Positions 47,794 to 50,557 of a stretch of 50,557 nt of DNA are shown here, in pieces. Source of the stretch: Candidatus Woesearchaeota archaeon (GTDB taxonomy: Archaea > Nanobdellota > Nanobdellia > Woesearchaeales > GW2011-AR9). The notes under the pieces are model-generated. The model saw nothing but the letters and a program-made list of their open reading frames with translations, was not told where the DNA came from and ran no database searches. A program made the translations under genes and the position numbers. The first letter of the stretch is position 1. The number at the start of each line of letters is the position of its first letter. The stretch is from the NCBI GenBank assembly GCA_018303265.1, contig JAGVYN010000012.1, positions 1-50,557 of the forward strand. Reading direction: 5' to 3'.

Positions 47794-48780
47794 GGTCAAT
47801 TTATATTCAAAAACCAGGAACAATCAAGATCGTTGATGGTTTGAAGTTGCCGTCATTGCGGCGAGGCGAGGCCTTACTCAAGGTAAATTATATTGGTATC
47901 TGTGGTTCGGATGTCAGTATTTACTTGGGTGAAATGCCGATGGTTGTAGAGTTTCCAAGAATTATCGGGCATGAAATATCGGCAGAAATAATGAAAATAG
48001 GAAAGAACAAACAAGGATTCAGGGTGGGGAATTTAGTAACCGTTCTGCCTTATTTTAATTGTAAAAATTTTGGTCAGCGGCTTTGTCCGGCTTGCGCCGA
48101 AGGCCGCGGCTAGCGATTATATTGCGGTGCCCATTGAAAACCTAGTTTCTGGTGGCGATCTTTCCGCCAAGATGCTTACTTTAGCAGAGCCGTTCGCTGT
48201 CAGTTATCACGCTGTTAAGAAAGCTCGGCCGCGTGTTGGCGACAATGTTTTGATAATAGGTGCTGGGCCGATTGGTGTGGCGGCGATGACTGTCGTTAAA
48301 TTTTTTGGAGCTAAAGTTTATATTATTGATGTCAATAGACGACGATTGAAGTTAGCAAAACAACTTGGCGCAGACGGCGTTTTTAATCCCAACACCGATG
48401 ATTTTGAAAAGTTTGTTAAAAAAGCTACCTTTGGTAAGGGAATGGATTTATGCGTGGAGGCCTCAGGCAATTCGTTGGCAGCTATCAATTGTGTCAAAGC
48501 TCTTCGCCAGCCCAATCGGACGGTGGTGGCCATTGCTCATTCTAAAAAGCCACTCAATAATTTTTTCCAATCGGAATTGGTCAAACGCGAAGGTGTCTAT
48601 CGGGGCTCAAGAAACAGCGTTTTGTCCGATTTTCTGGAAGTAGTGAAAATTCTATCAAGGCGACCGGACATTGAAAAAATGATAACCAAGGTATATTCTG
48701 TTGCCGAAGCGCCGCAGGCATTCAAAGATTTAACAAATAGTGATGGCAAATTACATTTGAAATCACTATTAAAATTTTAA
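47790..48780 (+). pseudogene. Zinc-dependent (MDR) dehydrogenase split by an internal deletion/frameshift
   Basis: GICGSD, GHE and C...CPAC in ORF 47790; LAEP and GAGPIG in ORF 48070; the fourth structural-Zn Cys segment is missing near 48110. Confidence 0.8.
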
Positions 48781-48785
48781 AGATT

Positions 48786-49598
48786 ATGATTTCATCATTT
48801 CAACCACTATATAAAGCGAATGGCAAAGAGATTTTTTCCAGCGATATCATTGCCGCCTTGGGAAAAGTCGGAATAAAAAATGGCGACACGATTTTTGTCC
48901 ATTCTGATGTTTCCGTTTTTGGAAAATTGGCGTTTCCTCTTGGCCGTGAATTGTTGCTCGGCGCATTAGTCGAAGTTTTAAAAAGAGCTGTTGGAAGAGA
49001 GGGAACTCTAATTATGCCGACTTTTACCTATAGTTTTTGCAAAGGTGAAATTTATGATATTGATAAAAGCCGGTCAACGGTAGGCGCGTTGACGGAATTC
49101 TTCAGGAATCAGCCCGGGGTCAAAAGAAATTTTCAACCGATTTTTTCGGTGGCGGCTTGGGGCAAGAATAAGGCGAATTATTTGAAGACAGGCAAAGATT
49201 CTTCCGGTAAGGATTCAATCTTTGATAAATTATTGAAAGGCAAAGGAAAAATCGTTTTTTTTGGCGCCTCGTTTCAGTCGTGCACCTTTCTTCATTTTGT
49301 GGAACAAACTCAGGGGGTGCCCTATCGTCACCTAAAAACTTTCAGGGGTTGGATTAAAAATAAACAAGAAAAATATCGGGACGAGTGTGTTTTTCTGGTT
49401 CGCAATCTAAATCAAGAGATAATCAAAGACACTTCAAAGTTAGAGAAACATCTCAACCGAAAAAAGTTAATCAAAAGGGTTGGCTTGGGGACGGGAGAAA
49501 TTTTGGCGGTTAATGTGACGGATTTGTTTCGTGAAGCGACAAGAATGCTCAAACGGAACGCTTACTATTTTCTTAAAGGTAAACCTAATGAGAAATAA
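48786..49598 (+). CDS. AAC(3)/Antibiotic_NAT family acyltransferase
   Basis: GIKNGDTIFVHS, GTLIMPTFTYS, GALTE.FR, CTFLHFVE. Confidence 0.92.
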   Translation: MISSFQPLYKANGKEIFSSDIIAALGKVGIKNGDTIFVHSDVSVFGKLAFPLGRELLLGALVEVLKRAVGREGTLIMPTFTYSFCKGEIYDIDKSRSTVGALTEFFRNQPGVKRNFQPIFSVAAWGKNKANYLKTGKDSSGKDSIFDKLLKGKGKIVFFGASFQSCTFLHFVEQTQGVPYRHLKTFRGWIKNKQEKYRDECVFLVRNLNQEIIKDTSKLEKHLNRKKLIKRVGLGTGEILAVNVTDLFREATRMLKRNAYYFLKGKPNEK

Positions 49599-50256
49599 TT
49601 TAATAAATTCATATCACTCTAAACTGGTTGCGGACCAAGAAAAAACCAACAAGGTATTTTTGAGTCAAAGAGTTTTTATGACCGTGAACCGATTCTTGGA
49701 ACTTTTCACTGGCCAGACACTCAGTGGGAGAATTTTGGATTTAGGTTGCGGTGATGGCAGTTTTGTTGATTATTGCAATAATCATAACTTAGACGCTAAA
49801 GGCGTTGATATCGCTGACGGGATTGATTTTGAATCTGACAAGTTGCCTTATAGAGACAATCAGTTTAGTTTTGTTTTTATGGGTTCGGTTTTGGAACACC
49901 TTAACAATCCGTCAAACATTTTGAATGAAGTGAAAAGAGTTTTGGTAAAAGGAGGTGTGTTGATTGTTATCACTCCTAATATTGACCGAGTCAAGTTTCA
50001 TTTCTATGACGACCCGACCCATGTTCGGCCTTACAATCCGACAAACATCTCTCGGTTGATGGAAATGTTTGGTTTAAAAAGAATAGCCATCGGTTTGTGG
50101 ACAGTGGGTAAATCTTCTTTTGTTTGGAAATGGCCATTGGAGTTGCAGTTTCTCTGTGGTCGATTGTTGCCTTTTGCCGGCTTGAACAAACAAGCGCCAA
50201 GTTTTTTGAGAGGTAAATCAAAAACGATGCTTTGCGTTTTTAGGAAAGAAAAATAA
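49588..50256 (+). CDS. Class I SAM-dependent methyltransferase
   Basis: ILDLGCGDG, VLEHL, RVLVKGG, DPTH; start reassigned to ATG 49588. Confidence 0.9.
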   Translation: MRNNLINSYHSKLVADQEKTNKVFLSQRVFMTVNRFLELFTGQTLSGRILDLGCGDGSFVDYCNNHNLDAKGVDIADGIDFESDKLPYRDNQFSFVFMGSVLEHLNNPSNILNEVKRVLVKGGVLIVITPNIDRVKFHFYDDPTHVRPYNPTNISRLMEMFGLKRIAIGLWTVGKSSFVWKWPLELQFLCGRLLPFAGLNKQAPSFLRGKSKTMLCVFRKEK

Positions 50257-50263
50257 AATTGAG

Positions 50264-50557
50264 ATGAAAAATGAGACAATAAAAAAAGGGATGATTACTT
50301 TGTCCAAGAAATTATTTCCAATTTGCCGGAGCATTACCGGAAATGGCTTGAGACAGACACTGAATATTATTCAAGAACATATTCCGATTAAAATTTTTGA
50401 AGTGCCATCGGGAACCAAGGTTTTTGACTGGTCCATTCCAAGAGAGTGGAATATCCACGATGCCTATATTAAGGATTCAAAAGGAAAAAAAATTATTGAT
50501 TTCAAAAAATCCAATCTTCATGTGGTCGGCTATAGTGTTCCGGTCAAAAAGAAAATG
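50264..50557 (+). CDS. DUF4910/DUF2172 (aminopeptidase-like) protein, partial
   Basis: Own translation: LFPICRSITGNGLRQTL...EVPSGTKVFDWSIPREWNI.DAYI...NLHVVGYS; runs off the window edge. Confidence 0.9.
   Translation, partial: MKNETIKKGMITLSKKLFPICRSITGNGLRQTLNIIQEHIPIKIFEVPSGTKVFDWSIPREWNIHDAYIKDSKGKKIIDFKKSNLHVVGYSVPVKKKM

Noticed and set aside
48786..49598. Aminoglycoside resistance gene
   Set aside because: The context (ACP, DUF4910, capsule gene) favours glycan acylation

Overview
Most of this window (1 to about 44640) is archaeal DNA. Gene content points to a DPANN lineage, probably Woesearchaeota-like (inference). It carries fibrillarin/Nop5, the large S10-spc ribosomal protein cluster (rpl3 to secY, EMC3-like insertase, rpl34e, rpl14e, without adk or cmk), pheT/pheS, TrmB, pelota, a surface/pilin-like cluster, a bacterial-type gpsA and rps3ae. 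The most interesting locus is 34672-40226 (minus strand): two divergent glutamate-cysteine-ligase-fold (carboxylate-amine) ligases, each followed by a paralogous Ntn class II amidotransferase/amidohydrolase, plus a C39/DUF3335-like protein lacking its catalytic Cys/His and a glutaredoxin. This is a candidate gamma-glutamyl write/erase system. Further along are a degraded IS200/IS605 tnpA remnant and an AT-rich class I aminoacyl-tRNA-synthetase-like gene with eroded HIGH/KMSKS motifs. An abrupt junction near 44642 then leads into a bacterial-style glycan-acylation cluster (AcpS, ACP, AMP-ligase, AAC(3), DUF4910) with several lesions. Two structured non-coding leaders and several slippage-type tandem duplications are also present. 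No rRNA, tRNA or CRISPR array was recognised. All calls come from motif reading, not database searches.
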